Positions 45,640-55,359 of a stretch of 64,000 nt of DNA are shown piece by piece; the first letter of the stretch is position 1, and each line of letters opens with the position of its first letter. The translations under genes and the position numbers were made by a program. The notes beneath the pieces are model-generated. The model had not been told where the DNA came from. It ran no database searches and saw only the letters and a program-made list of their open reading frames with translations. Source of the stretch: an uncultured Phenylobacterium sp. GTDB lineage: Bacteria > Pseudomonadota > Alphaproteobacteria > Caulobacterales > Caulobacteraceae. The DNA is taken from positions 108,460 through 172,459 of the forward strand of contig CAZNPJ010000005.1 in NCBI GenBank assembly GCA_964575195.1. The letters are read 5' to 3'.

Positions 45640-46118
45640 AGGCCGCGCTCGCACAGGGTCCGCTCGGCCGCCCGGCGGCGCACCAGGCCCGCCATCTCCC
45701 GCCCGCCGGCCTTCGTCCAACGCGACAGCTCAGCACACGCGCCGCGGAGATCGCCTGCCAGCGCCTTGCGCGACAGGGTCGATTTGCAGAAGGCCCCGGT
45801 CCCGACGTTGAAGCCGAACGACGTGAAGGCAGCCCGCGTCTCGATGGGCAGGTCCGCCGGCAGGCAAGGGGCGATCTCCAGCCCGTGCTTCACCGCGTCG
45901 GCGGCCAGCATGTTCGCGCACTCCTGTTCGGTGTAGCGCCGGCCGATGACGATGCCCGCCGTCGCGCCGTAGCAGGCCGTCGGCAGCTTCACGCCCAGCG
46001 CCGGGTCGGGATAGCCCACGGGCACGAAGCCCTCGAAGTCGGCGATCAGCGGGACAGCCAGGGCGCCGGCCGCCATGACAGCGGCCACGCCGGCGGCGAT
46101 GCTCTTGCCCTTGCTCAT
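45636..46118 (-). CDS. SAR endolysin (GH24 lysozyme)
   Basis: Lys-rich start, Ala/Gly-rich SAR segment, FEG-x7-D, TACYG, FNVGTGAFCKSTL, GLVRRRAAE. Confidence 0.92.
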   Translation of the reverse strand: MSKGKSIAAGVAAVMAAGALAVPLIADFEGFVPVGYPDPALGVKLPTACYGATAGIVIGRRYTEQECANMLAADAVKHGLEIAPCLPADLPIETRAAFTSFGFNVGTGAFCKSTLSRKALAGDLRGACAELSRWTKAGGREMAGLVRRRAAERTLCERGL

Positions 46119-46567
46119 GGATGCGCCGCCAGGATGGCCGCGTGAATCGCCACGATGCCGGGCCACAGGATTTGATAGGCCAGAACGGCCCCGCCCAGCG
46201 CGCCCAGGATCGTGCCGGCGATCTTGAGATGGCCCCGCCACCCCATGTCCGCCTTGATCTTCACCGTGCCGGTCTGCAACTGGCCGCCGAGGGCCTTGGC
46301 GAGCGCCGAGACGCTGCCCTCGGTGACCGTCTGCCGGGTGTTCAACGTGCCGACCGTCGTGGCGATGTCCTCGACCTGCCGGCCCAGGGCCTCGCGCTTC
46401 TCGTTGGCGATCTCGTGCGCGGCCTCTGTCGCGCGGATGTGGGTTTCGAGACACCCGTGGGTGGCCTCCGCCTGCTTTAGCGCGGCGATCAGCAGTTGCC
46501 GGTCGGTCTTGCCCCTCGGGTCGATGCGGACGAATTCACCCACCGCGCGATCTCCATGCGATTTCAT
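46115..46567 (-). CDS. Membrane protein upstream of the endolysin (candidate holin/antiholin)
   Basis: Coiled-coil N-terminus with a C-terminal hydrophobic segment; stop overlaps the endolysin ATG. Confidence 0.6.
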   Translation of the reverse strand: MKSHGDRAVGEFVRIDPRGKTDRQLLIAALKQAEATHGCLETHIRATEAAHEIANEKREALGRQVEDIATTVGTLNTRQTVTEGSVSALAKALGGQLQTGTVKIKADMGWRGHLKIAGTILGALGGAVLAYQILWPGIVAIHAAILAAHP

Positions 46568-46607
46568 CAAGGTTCCGCTCCATTGATCCACCCCCCACGC
46601 GCACGCC

Positions 46608-46760
46608 CTAATCGTCCAGATCCGTGAAAACCCCGGCCGCCGCCGGCCATTCCTGCACCTCGCCGGCGTTCGGCGCGTCAGGCCGCGGCGCAACGGGCGG
46701 CGGCTCCGGCGCGGCCGGAATCGCCAGCCTCCGCCAGCCGCTTTCGGTTCGAATGAGCAT
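46608..46760 (-). CDS. 50-aa Pro-rich small phage protein
   Basis: MLIRTESGWRRLAIPAAPEPPPVAPRPDAPNAGEVQEWPAAAGVFTDLDD fills the gap in the late operon. Confidence 0.5.
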   Translation of the reverse strand: MLIRTESGWRRLAIPAAPEPPPVAPRPDAPNAGEVQEWPAAAGVFTDLDD

Positions 46761-46766
46761 GGCCGG

Positions 46767-47159
46767 TCAGACCACCAGGGCGGCGGCGACGAACAGGTCG
46801 TCGAGCTGCTCGGGCGTCCAGCCCATCGCCAGGCGCATCTGCTCGATCGCCGGGTGCGCCCGGTGGAAGTCGCTGGCCTCGGCCCAATAGATGCGGATCT
46901 GCGCGGGCGCCGCGGCGACGGCGGCCTCGACCGCGTCCAGCAGCTCGGCATCCGCCAGCGCCATCTTGGCCTGCAGGCGCGAGACCACGGCGGGCGGCGG
47001 CTCGGCGACGTCGGTTGCGACAACCCCGATCGTCGCCAGCTCGTCGTTGCTCCAGCGGTCGAGAACCGCGACGGGATGCTGCGTCCCGGCCTCGTCTGTG
47101 AACGGGCCGTAGGGAAGCTCGACCGCCTCGCCGTCGCGCAGGATCGTGAAGGTTCGCAT
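46767..47159 (-). CDS. Tail fibre assembly-like protein
   Basis: Position after the Gly-rich gene; VSRLQAKMAL...IYWAEASDFHR...LDDLF pattern seen in tail-fibre-associated small proteins. Confidence 0.6.
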   Translation of the reverse strand: MRTFTILRDGEAVELPYGPFTDEAGTQHPVAVLDRWSNDELATIGVVATDVAEPPPAVVSRLQAKMALADAELLDAVEAAVAAAPAQIRIYWAEASDFHRAHPAIEQMRLAMGWTPEQLDDLFVAAALVV

Positions 47160-47160
47160 A

Positions 47161-47865
47161 TCAGATCACCGTGAACGTGCCGGAGGACGTGAAGGTGTGG
47201 ACGGTGTAGGCGCCGACTGTTGTGATCGTGCCGCCGGTGGCCTGGGGCGCGCCCGGATACCGAATGATGACGATCCCGGCCCGACCCGCGCCGCCCAGGC
47301 CGCTGCCCGAGCCGACACCCCCGACCCCGCCCTCGCCGTAGGCGCTCCCGCCCGCGCCGCCGCCGGGCGCATAGGTGACGGGCGTTCCGGTAATGCTGCT
47401 GCTGAGACCGGGGCCGGGCGAGCCGGAGGGGGAGCCGCCGGCCCCGCCGCCGAAGCCGCCGCCGACCACATCCCCCAGCCCACCGGCGTAGCCCTGCCCG
47501 GCCGTTCCAGCGCCACCCGCTGACGTTCCGCCCGTGGTCCGTCCGCCGCCGCCGCCCGAGCCGCCCGCGCCGCCAGGACCGCTCGGCGTGCTGCCGCCTT
47601 TGCCGCCGCCCAGCGCCGTGACCAGGGCGGCGATTGAACTGCTGGACCCCTGGGTGTTGCGCGCGCCGCCCGCGCCGACGGTGATCGCATAGGCGACGCC
47701 AGAGCCCAGGGTCACCGAGCCGCTCAGCAGCCCGCCAGCGCCGCCCGCGCCGCCGAAGTCGCCGGAGCCAAGGGTTGCGTCGCCCCCGCCGCCGCCGCCC
47801 GCGACGACGAGATACTCCGCCTGGACGCCGTTGCTCGCCAGCAGCAGACTTGCGTGCGGATACAT
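47161..47865 (-). CDS. Glycine-rich tail-associated protein
   Basis: YLVVAGGGGGG...GAGGAGG...GIVIIRY...GGTIT...HTFTSSGTF glycine-rich domain. Confidence 0.75.
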   Translation of the reverse strand: MYPHASLLLASNGVQAEYLVVAGGGGGGDATLGSGDFGGAGGAGGLLSGSVTLGSGVAYAITVGAGGARNTQGSSSSIAALVTALGGGKGGSTPSGPGGAGGSGGGGGRTTGGTSAGGAGTAGQGYAGGLGDVVGGGFGGGAGGSPSGSPGPGLSSSITGTPVTYAPGGGAGGSAYGEGGVGGVGSGSGLGGAGRAGIVIIRYPGAPQATGGTITTVGAYTVHTFTSSGTFTVI

Positions 47866-48767
47866 CAGCCGGCCTTACGGAAGCTGGCTTCCAGCTTGCC
47901 CCGCGCGGCGTTGTATTGCGCGACGACCTTGTCCTCCTTGCCGACCGCAGTGCTGAGGTTCGGCAGGCCAGGGACGCCGAAGTCCCAGATCGAGGCCCAC
48001 GAAAGGGTGTAGGAGCCGGAACCGCCCTGGATCGGCTGCAGCGTGTAAGTCACCCCATCCTGCAGGTTCGTCGGCGCGCCCATCGTGCGGTTGGCGGTCA
48101 GCGTGACCTTCGCGTTGAAGCCTTGGGTCGCCGTGTCCCAGGCAATGGTCGATGTCTCGGTCAAGGTCTGAAACGCGGCGGCCAGCCGCAACGCCTTGGG
48201 CGAGGTCGCCAGATAGTTGTTCGCCCCGGCCCAGATCTCCGCCGGCTCCGCCCCCTGCTGCGCGTAGAAGGCGTCGATGATCTGCCACGCCGAGTATGGC
48301 CCCGACCCGCCCGTCCCGATGCGGAAGCCGTCGGCCGCCACCGTCCCCGTGATGCTGCCCGCCGACGACGCGCCGGCGTCGATCACCAGGTACATGACGC
48401 TGTCGAGATCCGCCTTCGCCCCGATCAGCACGGCCGTGCACTGATGCAGCGTCCGCCCGCTCTCGGTGATCGCGAACGTCTTCGTTCCCGACCCGACGCT
48501 GTTGGGCGTGATCGACGACCCCGCCCGCGTGGTCACCCCCAGCGCCGCCGCCGCGGCGGCCGAGGCGGAGGACGAGGCGCTCGCCGCGGCGTCGGCATAG
48601 CCTGAGATCAGCCCAACCTTGACGCCGATCCAGGTGACAAACGCGATGCACTCGCTTGAGAACGTCACCATCCAGGCCAGAAAGCCGGCCATGTTGGCGT
48701 TGAAGACGGCCTTCGCCTGCGTCCGCGCGGGCGCAGTCGGGGCGGGCGTGAAGGTCGGATCGCTCAT
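47865..48767 (-). CDS. Tail fibre/appendage-like protein
   Basis: ATG 48767; ASASSSASAAAAAA hinge; C-terminal TLTANRTMGAPTN...YTLSW domain. Confidence 0.65.
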   Translation of the reverse strand: MSDPTFTPAPTAPARTQAKAVFNANMAGFLAWMVTFSSECIAFVTWIGVKVGLISGYADAAASASSSASAAAAAALGVTTRAGSSITPNSVGSGTKTFAITESGRTLHQCTAVLIGAKADLDSVMYLVIDAGASSAGSITGTVAADGFRIGTGGSGPYSAWQIIDAFYAQQGAEPAEIWAGANNYLATSPKALRLAAAFQTLTETSTIAWDTATQGFNAKVTLTANRTMGAPTNLQDGVTYTLQPIQGGSGSYTLSWASIWDFGVPGLPNLSTAVGKEDKVVAQYNAARGKLEASFRKAG

Positions 48768-49678
48768 CAGGTGAGGCCCTTGATTTCGAGACTGCAGAGG
48801 GTCAGGTCGGGATAGGCGATCTCTTCGTCGAACGACGCGAAGAAGCCCCAGATCGCGGTCGAGGTGTATTGGCCGGAGGCCACCCAGAGGGCCGGCGTCG
48901 CCCGGTATGCGGCCAGGGTCTCGGCCAGCTCGTCGGTGAAGTCCGCCGCCACGTTGATCACCGCGTTCATCGTCTTCGAGAAGGCGCGCTCGACCACGAC
49001 GAAGTTGCCGAGTTCGTTGACCTCTTTGCGGGAATAGTCGTCGATCCCGATCCGCACGCCCCACTGCGTCGTGCCCAGAGACTTCGCCAGACCGGGCGTG
49101 ACCAGGCCGCACTTGGCGACCGCGCCCGGATCAGAGAGCACCACGTCCAGCGTCACGCCGGGATAGGGCGGGAGGTCCTGCAGCAGCACAGACTTGAGCC
49201 GCGAGATGGGCTCGAAGCACCATCCATAGAAGTCGGTGATCCCCGATAGCGAGATCAGATCGAAGCTCGCCTCTCGAACGACGCCGTCGACCGCGTCGGT
49301 GATCGTGACGTCCAACGTGGCCGCGTCGAGATTGTCCAGCCAAAGGGTATCCAGCAGGACGCCGCCGTCGAACGCGATCGAGACGGTGATCGTCTCGGCG
49401 TTCTCGGTCTGCGACTGCACCGCGTTGTCGAACATCTTGAAGGCGTTGACCGCCCCGAGATCGACCCAATGATCCTCGGCCACATCGAGCGCCGGGTCGT
49501 TGCCCAGATTGGTCCCGTGAAGACTCTCGAACCGATGCCAGATGTCGTCCTTGAGACGACGCACGATGGCCGCGTCGGCATAGGTCGTCAGCGCCGCCCA
49601 GGCGGCCTCGGTCATGGCAACATTGGTCGTCACCATGCCTGCCGTGATCGGCTCCGGCCGGATAAGGTCGAAGGTCAT
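48767..49678 (-). CDS. Post-tape-measure tail protein (Dit-like, possible carbohydrate-binding insert)
   Basis: ATG overlaps the tape measure stop; DYSRKE...RATPALW...IKGL C-terminal region. Confidence 0.65.
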   Translation of the reverse strand: MTFDLIRPEPITAGMVTTNVAMTEAAWAALTTYADAAIVRRLKDDIWHRFESLHGTNLGNDPALDVAEDHWVDLGAVNAFKMFDNAVQSQTENAETITVSIAFDGGVLLDTLWLDNLDAATLDVTITDAVDGVVREASFDLISLSGITDFYGWCFEPISRLKSVLLQDLPPYPGVTLDVVLSDPGAVAKCGLVTPGLAKSLGTTQWGVRIGIDDYSRKEVNELGNFVVVERAFSKTMNAVINVAADFTDELAETLAAYRATPALWVASGQYTSTAIWGFFASFDEEIAYPDLTLCSLEIKGLT

Positions 49679-52600
49679 GCGACGTCCCTGATTTCGGGCA
49701 TGCCGTCGCCGTTCCAAAGCCTCAGATAGCGAAGGTTGCCGGTGTTGACGACGCCTTGCTCCGTGGCGATCGTGAGCTTGGCGAGGGCCGCGACCACGTC
49801 GGCGTTGGAGATGTTCATGCCGGCGGCGGACAGGTCGACCGCCTCCGATCCGCCAAGCCCCGCGACGGTCGCCTGTGCCGCCGCGACATCGATTCCAACG
49901 AGGCTGGCGGGATCGACGCTCACGACCGGCGTGCTGATATTGGTCGCGGATGCAGCCGACGAGGCCGCCTGCACGGCGGCGGCGACTTGTGAAGCTACGG
50001 CGGCGAGCGCACCGTTCGCCTGGGCCTGGACGGCCGCAGCCGCCTGCACCGCCTTGACGACATCGAGAACGCGATCCTCGACAGCCTTGACGCCGAGCCG
50101 AATGCCGAGCTGTCCCTCGACCATGGAATTCAGCGCGTCGATCTCTGTGCGTGCGGCTGCAGCTTGAGCCTTCGCCAGCGCCTCGCCGTTCGTAAGCGCG
50201 CGACGGATCGACGCCATGTTGCGTGCATTCTCGGCCGAGCTGGCCGCGCCGCCCCGCGAGGCATCGGCGAAGGCCTTCGCAGCGGCGCCCAGCCCATCCA
50301 AAGCCGTTGCGTCACCGCCCGATACCCGCGACGCCAGATTGTCGAACTGTCGCTTCGACGCAGCCAGAGAGCTGGCCGGGCTCGTCGCCAGGCTCTCCGC
50401 TCGGAGACTAGCGTTGAGGTCCGCCAACGACTCGGCCAGGCCATCGAACCGCTCGGCGGTCTTTTCAAGTTGATCGGTGGCCGCGTCGGTAGCGGCCTCG
50501 ACCTGGGCCGTCGACGCTTCGATCTTGGCCGCCCAATCCGCCTCGGCGGCTTCGCGGGCCGCCGTCGCGTCGATGACGTCGTAGATCGCTTGCTTACGGG
50601 CGCGAAGGCCTTCGTCGGTGATGGCCTTGAGTTCGTCTTGCCGCTGCAGGGCCAACGCACCCTGCGCGTCGCCGAGCGCCTCAAGCATTTCCAGCTCAAG
50701 CGCCCGCTGTTGGTCGACCAACTTCTGCGCGTCCTGCTTGGCCCAAATCTCCTTCTGTAGCGCAGCGTTCTCGGCGCTCATTCCCTTGAGCACTTCTTCG
50801 CGCAGCGCCGCCTCGGCGCCCAAGGCGTCACCCGACGCTTCGAGAAGCTGGATTTCGAGCGCGCGCTTAGTCGCGGCCTCCTGCGCGGCCTTCTGTTCGG
50901 CCTCCGCCTTGGCCTTGGCCTCGGCTTCTTTCTTGGCTTTCTTCTTGGCTTTCGACTTGCCGAACAGTCCGCCGATCAGGCCACCGATACCGCCCACGAC
51001 CGCCCCAATGGCGGTGCCGATGCCAGGCACGATCGAACCGAGCTGCGCGCCCAAGGCAACGCCGGAGAGAACCGACCCGCCCACGCCGCCGACATAGGGC
51101 GCGACCGCCCCGGCCGCCGCCCCGACGCCTCCCGCGATTCCGTTGGCCTGTGAGCCCAGCCCACCGGTCATTGCCTTGCCGGCTGCATACGCCTTCTTAA
51201 TGCCGGCGATAGCGCCCTCGATCCCGGAGATCGCGCCGACCCAATCCTTGTTTTTGAAGGCACGGAACAGCCCGTCCACGCTCGCGCTGACGTCGTCGGC
51301 GGCTTCACGGAAGCTCTGGGCAACCGCATCGGTCGCACTAGCCGCCGGCTCGACCATCAACGGACCGAGCTTATCGAACCAGTCGCCGACTTCCTCGACC
51401 ATGTCCGGCACATAGGAATGCCCGACGACAGCGTCGTACATCTTGAAGAAGGCGTCCGAGACCCCTTGAACCTTCTTCTTCACGCTATCGAAGATGGCGG
51501 TCAGCTTATCGACCAACCAGGTCTTCACGGCCAGGAAGGTCTGCTGCACCCACTTGGCGACCTCGGGATACATTGTCCCGAAGGCGTTGGAGACGCCCTT
51601 GACGAACGCCTGCACCGCGCGACCGACGTGCTCGAACGCGCCGCTGAAATCCCCCTTGAACAGTGCGACGATGGCTTGCACCACGTGGGTGACCGCGCCG
51701 ATCATGCCGGTCAGCAAATCGACCACGCCGCCAAGGTAGCGCGCCGCCGCCGCCGCGAAGAAATTGAGGGCCTCGCTCGCGCCGCCCGCGCCGGGCCCGA
51801 AGATCAGGCCGAACACCTCACCCAACGCGGCGACCGCGCCCTTCACCGCCTCGAACAGCGGCGCGACCTTCGGCCCCACGACATCCTGCAGCGTCGTCCA
51901 GAACACCTTGAGCGCCGGCACGATCTGATTCTTGAACAGCAGGAAGGCCGCGACCACGGCGGCGACAGCCAGGCCGACCGGCCCCAGCAACGGCACAAGG
52001 CCCGCCAGCATCGGACCGACGACCGCCATCGCCGAGATCACCGAACCCAGTGCCGAGGTGAAGGCGCCACCGACGAGAACAGCGGCGCCGAACGCCGCCG
52101 CCGCCGCGGCGACCGCGACGCCGACCTTGAGCAGCACAGGGTCGGCTTCGCTTAGCTTTTCGAGCAGACCCGTCAAGCCGCTGACGAGGGCGGTGGCCGC
52201 CTGCAAGAGACCGGCTTTCCCGATGGCGATGCCCAGATCCTCGAACGACCCGCGCAGTTGTTCCATCTGGCCGGCGAAGCCTTCCATCCGCTTCGCCGCC
52301 TGGGCCGCTGCGTCGGTCTCCGCGATCTTCTGCTTGATCTTGTCCAGGCCTTGCGCGCCCAGATCCATCAAGCCAAGCGCCGTCCGCATGGCGTCGGTCC
52401 CGAAGATGTCCTTCAGAACTTCGTTCTTCGCCTCGTCGGACAGGCCGCCCAGCTTCTCCCGCAGCATCTCGGCGATGTCGGAAACCGACTTCATCCGGCC
52501 GCCAGCGTCAAAGAACGACAGGCCGTACTGCTGCATGGCCGCCGCGGCGTCTTTCGACTTCGGGACAAGCGTCGTCAGGAACGTTTTGAAGCTCGTCCCC

Positions 52601-53289
52601 GCATCAGAACCCGACGAGAACAACGCTGAGGTCCCGGCGATCGCGGCGTTGAAATCCTCGAAGCTGACACCCAGGCCCGCCGCCACGCCGCCGGCCTGAC
52701 CCAACGCCAGCGCATAGTCGTCGAACGACAGCTTCGATTGGTTCACCGCGCCGGTGATCTGATTGACCGTCGCGGGAAGCTGGTCGCTGCTCCGCTTGAA
52801 CTGCTGGATGCTGTCGCTGATCGCCGAGGCCGCAGGCTCCAGCTCGCTACCCGCCGCGGCCGCGAGATCGACCGCCGCCTTCGCCGCGCCGCCCAGGATC
52901 GTTTGCACGTCCAGGCCGGTCTTCGCCAGCATATCCATGGCATCCGCCGCCTCGCTGGCGCTGAACACCGTACTCTTGCCGATCTGGCGGGCGGCCGTTT
53001 CCAGCGCCCCCATCTCCTTCGCTGTCGCCTGCGTGGAGATCGACACCTTGTTCATGGCCGTTTGGAAATTGGCCGAGGCCTTGAGCGCGCTCGCGCCGAG
53101 GGCCACCACAGGGGCGGTGATGCCGATGGCCAGGATGCCCCCAACCTTCTCCATCGCCGCACCCACGGACTGCATCCGCGCGCCAGCCTTCCGCAACTCG
53201 ACCTGGGCCTTGCTCAGGCCTTCGGTGAAGGTTGCGGACTCCAGACCCAGCACGACGCGAAGGGCGCCGATGGTGGCGTTACCGGCCAT
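49675..53289 (-). CDS. Phage tail tape measure protein
   Basis: 1204 aa Ala-rich; TP901-type core (FSASEAADAM...GSDAGTSFKT...IFGTDAMR); follows the tail chaperones. Confidence 0.95.
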   Translation of the reverse strand: MAGNATIGALRVVLGLESATFTEGLSKAQVELRKAGARMQSVGAAMEKVGGILAIGITAPVVALGASALKASANFQTAMNKVSISTQATAKEMGALETAARQIGKSTVFSASEAADAMDMLAKTGLDVQTILGGAAKAAVDLAAAAGSELEPAASAISDSIQQFKRSSDQLPATVNQITGAVNQSKLSFDDYALALGQAGGVAAGLGVSFEDFNAAIAGTSALFSSGSDAGTSFKTFLTTLVPKSKDAAAAMQQYGLSFFDAGGRMKSVSDIAEMLREKLGGLSDEAKNEVLKDIFGTDAMRTALGLMDLGAQGLDKIKQKIAETDAAAQAAKRMEGFAGQMEQLRGSFEDLGIAIGKAGLLQAATALVSGLTGLLEKLSEADPVLLKVGVAVAAAAAAFGAAVLVGGAFTSALGSVISAMAVVGPMLAGLVPLLGPVGLAVAAVVAAFLLFKNQIVPALKVFWTTLQDVVGPKVAPLFEAVKGAVAALGEVFGLIFGPGAGGASEALNFFAAAAARYLGGVVDLLTGMIGAVTHVVQAIVALFKGDFSGAFEHVGRAVQAFVKGVSNAFGTMYPEVAKWVQQTFLAVKTWLVDKLTAIFDSVKKKVQGVSDAFFKMYDAVVGHSYVPDMVEEVGDWFDKLGPLMVEPAASATDAVAQSFREAADDVSASVDGLFRAFKNKDWVGAISGIEGAIAGIKKAYAAGKAMTGGLGSQANGIAGGVGAAAGAVAPYVGGVGGSVLSGVALGAQLGSIVPGIGTAIGAVVGGIGGLIGGLFGKSKAKKKAKKEAEAKAKAEAEQKAAQEAATKRALEIQLLEASGDALGAEAALREEVLKGMSAENAALQKEIWAKQDAQKLVDQQRALELEMLEALGDAQGALALQRQDELKAITDEGLRARKQAIYDVIDATAAREAAEADWAAKIEASTAQVEAATDAATDQLEKTAERFDGLAESLADLNASLRAESLATSPASSLAASKRQFDNLASRVSGGDATALDGLGAAAKAFADASRGGAASSAENARNMASIRRALTNGEALAKAQAAAARTEIDALNSMVEGQLGIRLGVKAVEDRVLDVVKAVQAAAAVQAQANGALAAVASQVAAAVQAASSAASATNISTPVVSVDPASLVGIDVAAAQATVAGLGGSEAVDLSAAGMNISNADVVAALAKLTIATEQGVVNTGNLRYLRLWNGDGMPEIRDVA

Positions 53290-53304
53290 CTGATCTCCTG
53301 TCGG

Positions 53305-53637
53305 CTAGGGTTTCTCGGCCATGCGACGGCGCACCCGATCTGACGCAGGCGTCGGAACGGCGCCGGGTTCGGCGCGAGGCGGCGTCACGGATTGCCAACG
53401 GGCCAGGAACGCCATCGCCTGACCCAGAGTTTGCTTGGCCTGGGAGGCCCGCTCGCCCATCAGCTTGCGAAGCGGGATCAACCGCTTCATTCGTCCCAAG
53501 GCCACGACGTGCCAGGCCAGCCAGGCCCGGCCCTTTTGCGCCGTCGCCTCGGCGCGCCAGGCCCCGCGAAGGGCCAGGCGCAGGAGGCGTGGCGTCAACC
53601 GCCAAAACTCGTCGGATGAGCCTAGGCGGTATTCCAT
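53305..53637 (-). CDS. Tail assembly chaperone T-like ORF
   Basis: EFWRLTPR...AWLAWHVVAL motif; lies between chaperone G and tape measure. Confidence 0.75.
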   Translation of the reverse strand: MEYRLGSSDEFWRLTPRLLRLALRGAWRAEATAQKGRAWLAWHVVALGRMKRLIPLRKLMGERASQAKQTLGQAMAFLARWQSVTPPRAEPGAVPTPASDRVRRRMAEKP

Positions 53638-53684
53638 CCACTGGCCGTAGAGGCTGGGCCAGTTCCAGCCGACGCCGTCGGCCC

Positions 53685-54038
53685 TTAGACCGTCGGCGCC
53701 CGCGGAGGGTCCCCGGCGGCTTCGCCGGCCTCCGTGTCGCTGGCGAACGCCGCCGAGAAGGCCTCGGCGATCAGGGCGCCGGCTCGGCCCAAGCCGATGC
53801 GGTCGATTATCTCGCCCGCGGCCTTGGCCGATATGTCGGGGTGATGCGCCGCAAGCCCAGCCTGGAACACGCCGCGGAGCATCTTCAGCCGCATCTTGTT
53901 TTGCATGGCCTCGCCAATCTCGGCGACGCTCATGTCGAAGGTCTCCTCAAGGCCGCAAAGCGCGTCCAGATTGAAGAGCAGGACGAAGGTGTCCTCCCCA
54001 GCGGGGAAGGACACTTCGCCTTTCAGCTTGTTGGTCAT
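53685..54038 (-). CDS. Tail assembly chaperone G-like protein
   Basis: NKLKGEV...FNLDALCGLEE; follows the tail tube gene. Confidence 0.8.
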   Translation of the reverse strand: MTNKLKGEVSFPAGEDTFVLLFNLDALCGLEETFDMSVAEIGEAMQNKMRLKMLRGVFQAGLAAHHPDISAKAAGEIIDRIGLGRAGALIAEAFSAAFASDTEAGEAAGDPPRAPTV

Positions 54039-54046
54039 CGGGCCGC

Positions 54047-54478
54047 TTAGCTCGCGACGACCGTGGCGGTGACCTTGACCGTGAGGGTCGCGGTCATCTT
54101 GTCGTCAAACGGCGCGTCGGGCTCCCAGCCCGTGACGAACGCGTCGAACTCCCACACGACGTTGTTCGGGAACGTGATGCGGCAAGTCCGCACCTCGCGC
54201 GAGATCCGCCAGGCGCGCACGAAGGCGTCGCCATTCGTGGCCGCGTTCGTACCGGGGATGAAGTTGCACCCCAGCGACGCCTCGCCCGGATCGGTGAGTC
54301 CCTGGATGAATTCGCGGGTCGAGTTCGGGCTACCCGTATGGGTCACGTCGATCACGTCGACGCTGTCGCTCGGCGGCGACAGGGACGTCACCTCGGGCAT
54401 CTCGAAGAAGACGTTGGAGTTGGCGGCGGTTTCGACTTCGAACTTTGCGCCGTAACCCGTCATGGCGTTGGTAGACAT
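54047..54478 (-). CDS. Major tail (tube) protein
   Basis: IDVTHTGSPNSTREFIQGLTDPGE...FDAFVTG...MTATLTVKVT. Confidence 0.9.
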   Translation of the reverse strand: MSTNAMTGYGAKFEVETAANSNVFFEMPEVTSLSPPSDSVDVIDVTHTGSPNSTREFIQGLTDPGEASLGCNFIPGTNAATNGDAFVRAWRISREVRTCRITFPNNVVWEFDAFVTGWEPDAPFDDKMTATLTVKVTATVVAS

Positions 54479-54492
54479 CGCGTTGAATCCTT

Positions 54493-54900
54493 TCAGTTAT
54501 CTTCGCTGTGACAGACCCGGTAGTCACGCCGGATGCGGTAGATCTCGGTTGCGGACTTGCCGCCCTGCGGCCCCGCCGCCGGCTCCCAGCCCTCGCCCTC
54601 GTCTTCGAGCATCCAGCCCGAGAGGAAAGGCGCGCCGGCAAGGCCGTTCAGCGCGTGACGGACCGCCTCGGCGACCGCAAAGGCCTCGGCATAGTCGAGG
54701 CCCCGGCTGTCGATCTGGACGCGGCTTCGAACGAAGCCATCCGGGCCCTTCTGAGTCTGGCCGCGAGGTCCGCTGACGACCGTGAGGGTGACATTCGGAT
54801 AGGCGACGCCCTGCCGGTGGACGACCCACTCGACACGGCGATCGACAAGCTCGATCAGCGCGGGATCGTCGCGGAGGTGCGTTCGCGTCTCGGCGCGCAT
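54493..54900 (-). CDS. Tail terminator (DUF3168-like)
   Basis: SRVQIDSRG...AEAVRHAL; position before the tail tube. Confidence 0.8.
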   Translation of the reverse strand: MRAETRTHLRDDPALIELVDRRVEWVVHRQGVAYPNVTLTVVSGPRGQTQKGPDGFVRSRVQIDSRGLDYAEAFAVAEAVRHALNGLAGAPFLSGWMLEDEGEGWEPAAGPQGGKSATEIYRIRRDYRVCHSEDN

Positions 54901-54901
54901 C

Positions 54902-55357
54902 TCAACCCCTTTTTGACTTGAGCTTGGCCGCGCGCTTCGCCTGACGCCTCGCGGCCTTCATAATCTCATCGCCCAGCGCTTCGGCGGTGCGGGCGAGAAC
55001 CTTGTTTTTCGTCGCGTCCCAGGCCGGACGCACGGCAGGCTGGGCTGGATGGTTCTTGTTGCCGAACTCCTGCTGCACCGCCTGTGGGTCGGGACCTGGG
55101 CCAGCAAAGACCTCGACCGCCGATTCCCGACGGACGCCCCGCCGACTTTTCAGCTTCGATCCAACCCCGCCCGTGTCCTTGAGGTGAGGCGCTTTGCGTT
55201 CGCGACCCTCTGCACGCACGGGTACCTTCGGACGCCACGCCTCATCGAACGGCTCTAGCCCAATCCGACCGGCGCGCCGCAGCACACCTCGGCCGGCGGA
55301 CTTCGAAAGCTCGCCGAGCGCACGGTCCAATTCCTTGCCGCCGATAAACTTCGACAC
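54902..55357 (-). CDS. HK97 gp10-like neck/tail completion protein
   Basis: EFGNKNHPAQPAVRPAWD motif. Confidence 0.85.
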   Translation of the reverse strand: MSKFIGGKELDRALGELSKSAGRGVLRRAGRIGLEPFDEAWRPKVPVRAEGRERKAPHLKDTGGVGSKLKSRRGVRRESAVEVFAGPGPDPQAVQQEFGNKNHPAQPAVRPAWDATKNKVLARTAEALGDEIMKAARRQAKRAAKLKSKRG

Positions 55358-55359
55358 AG

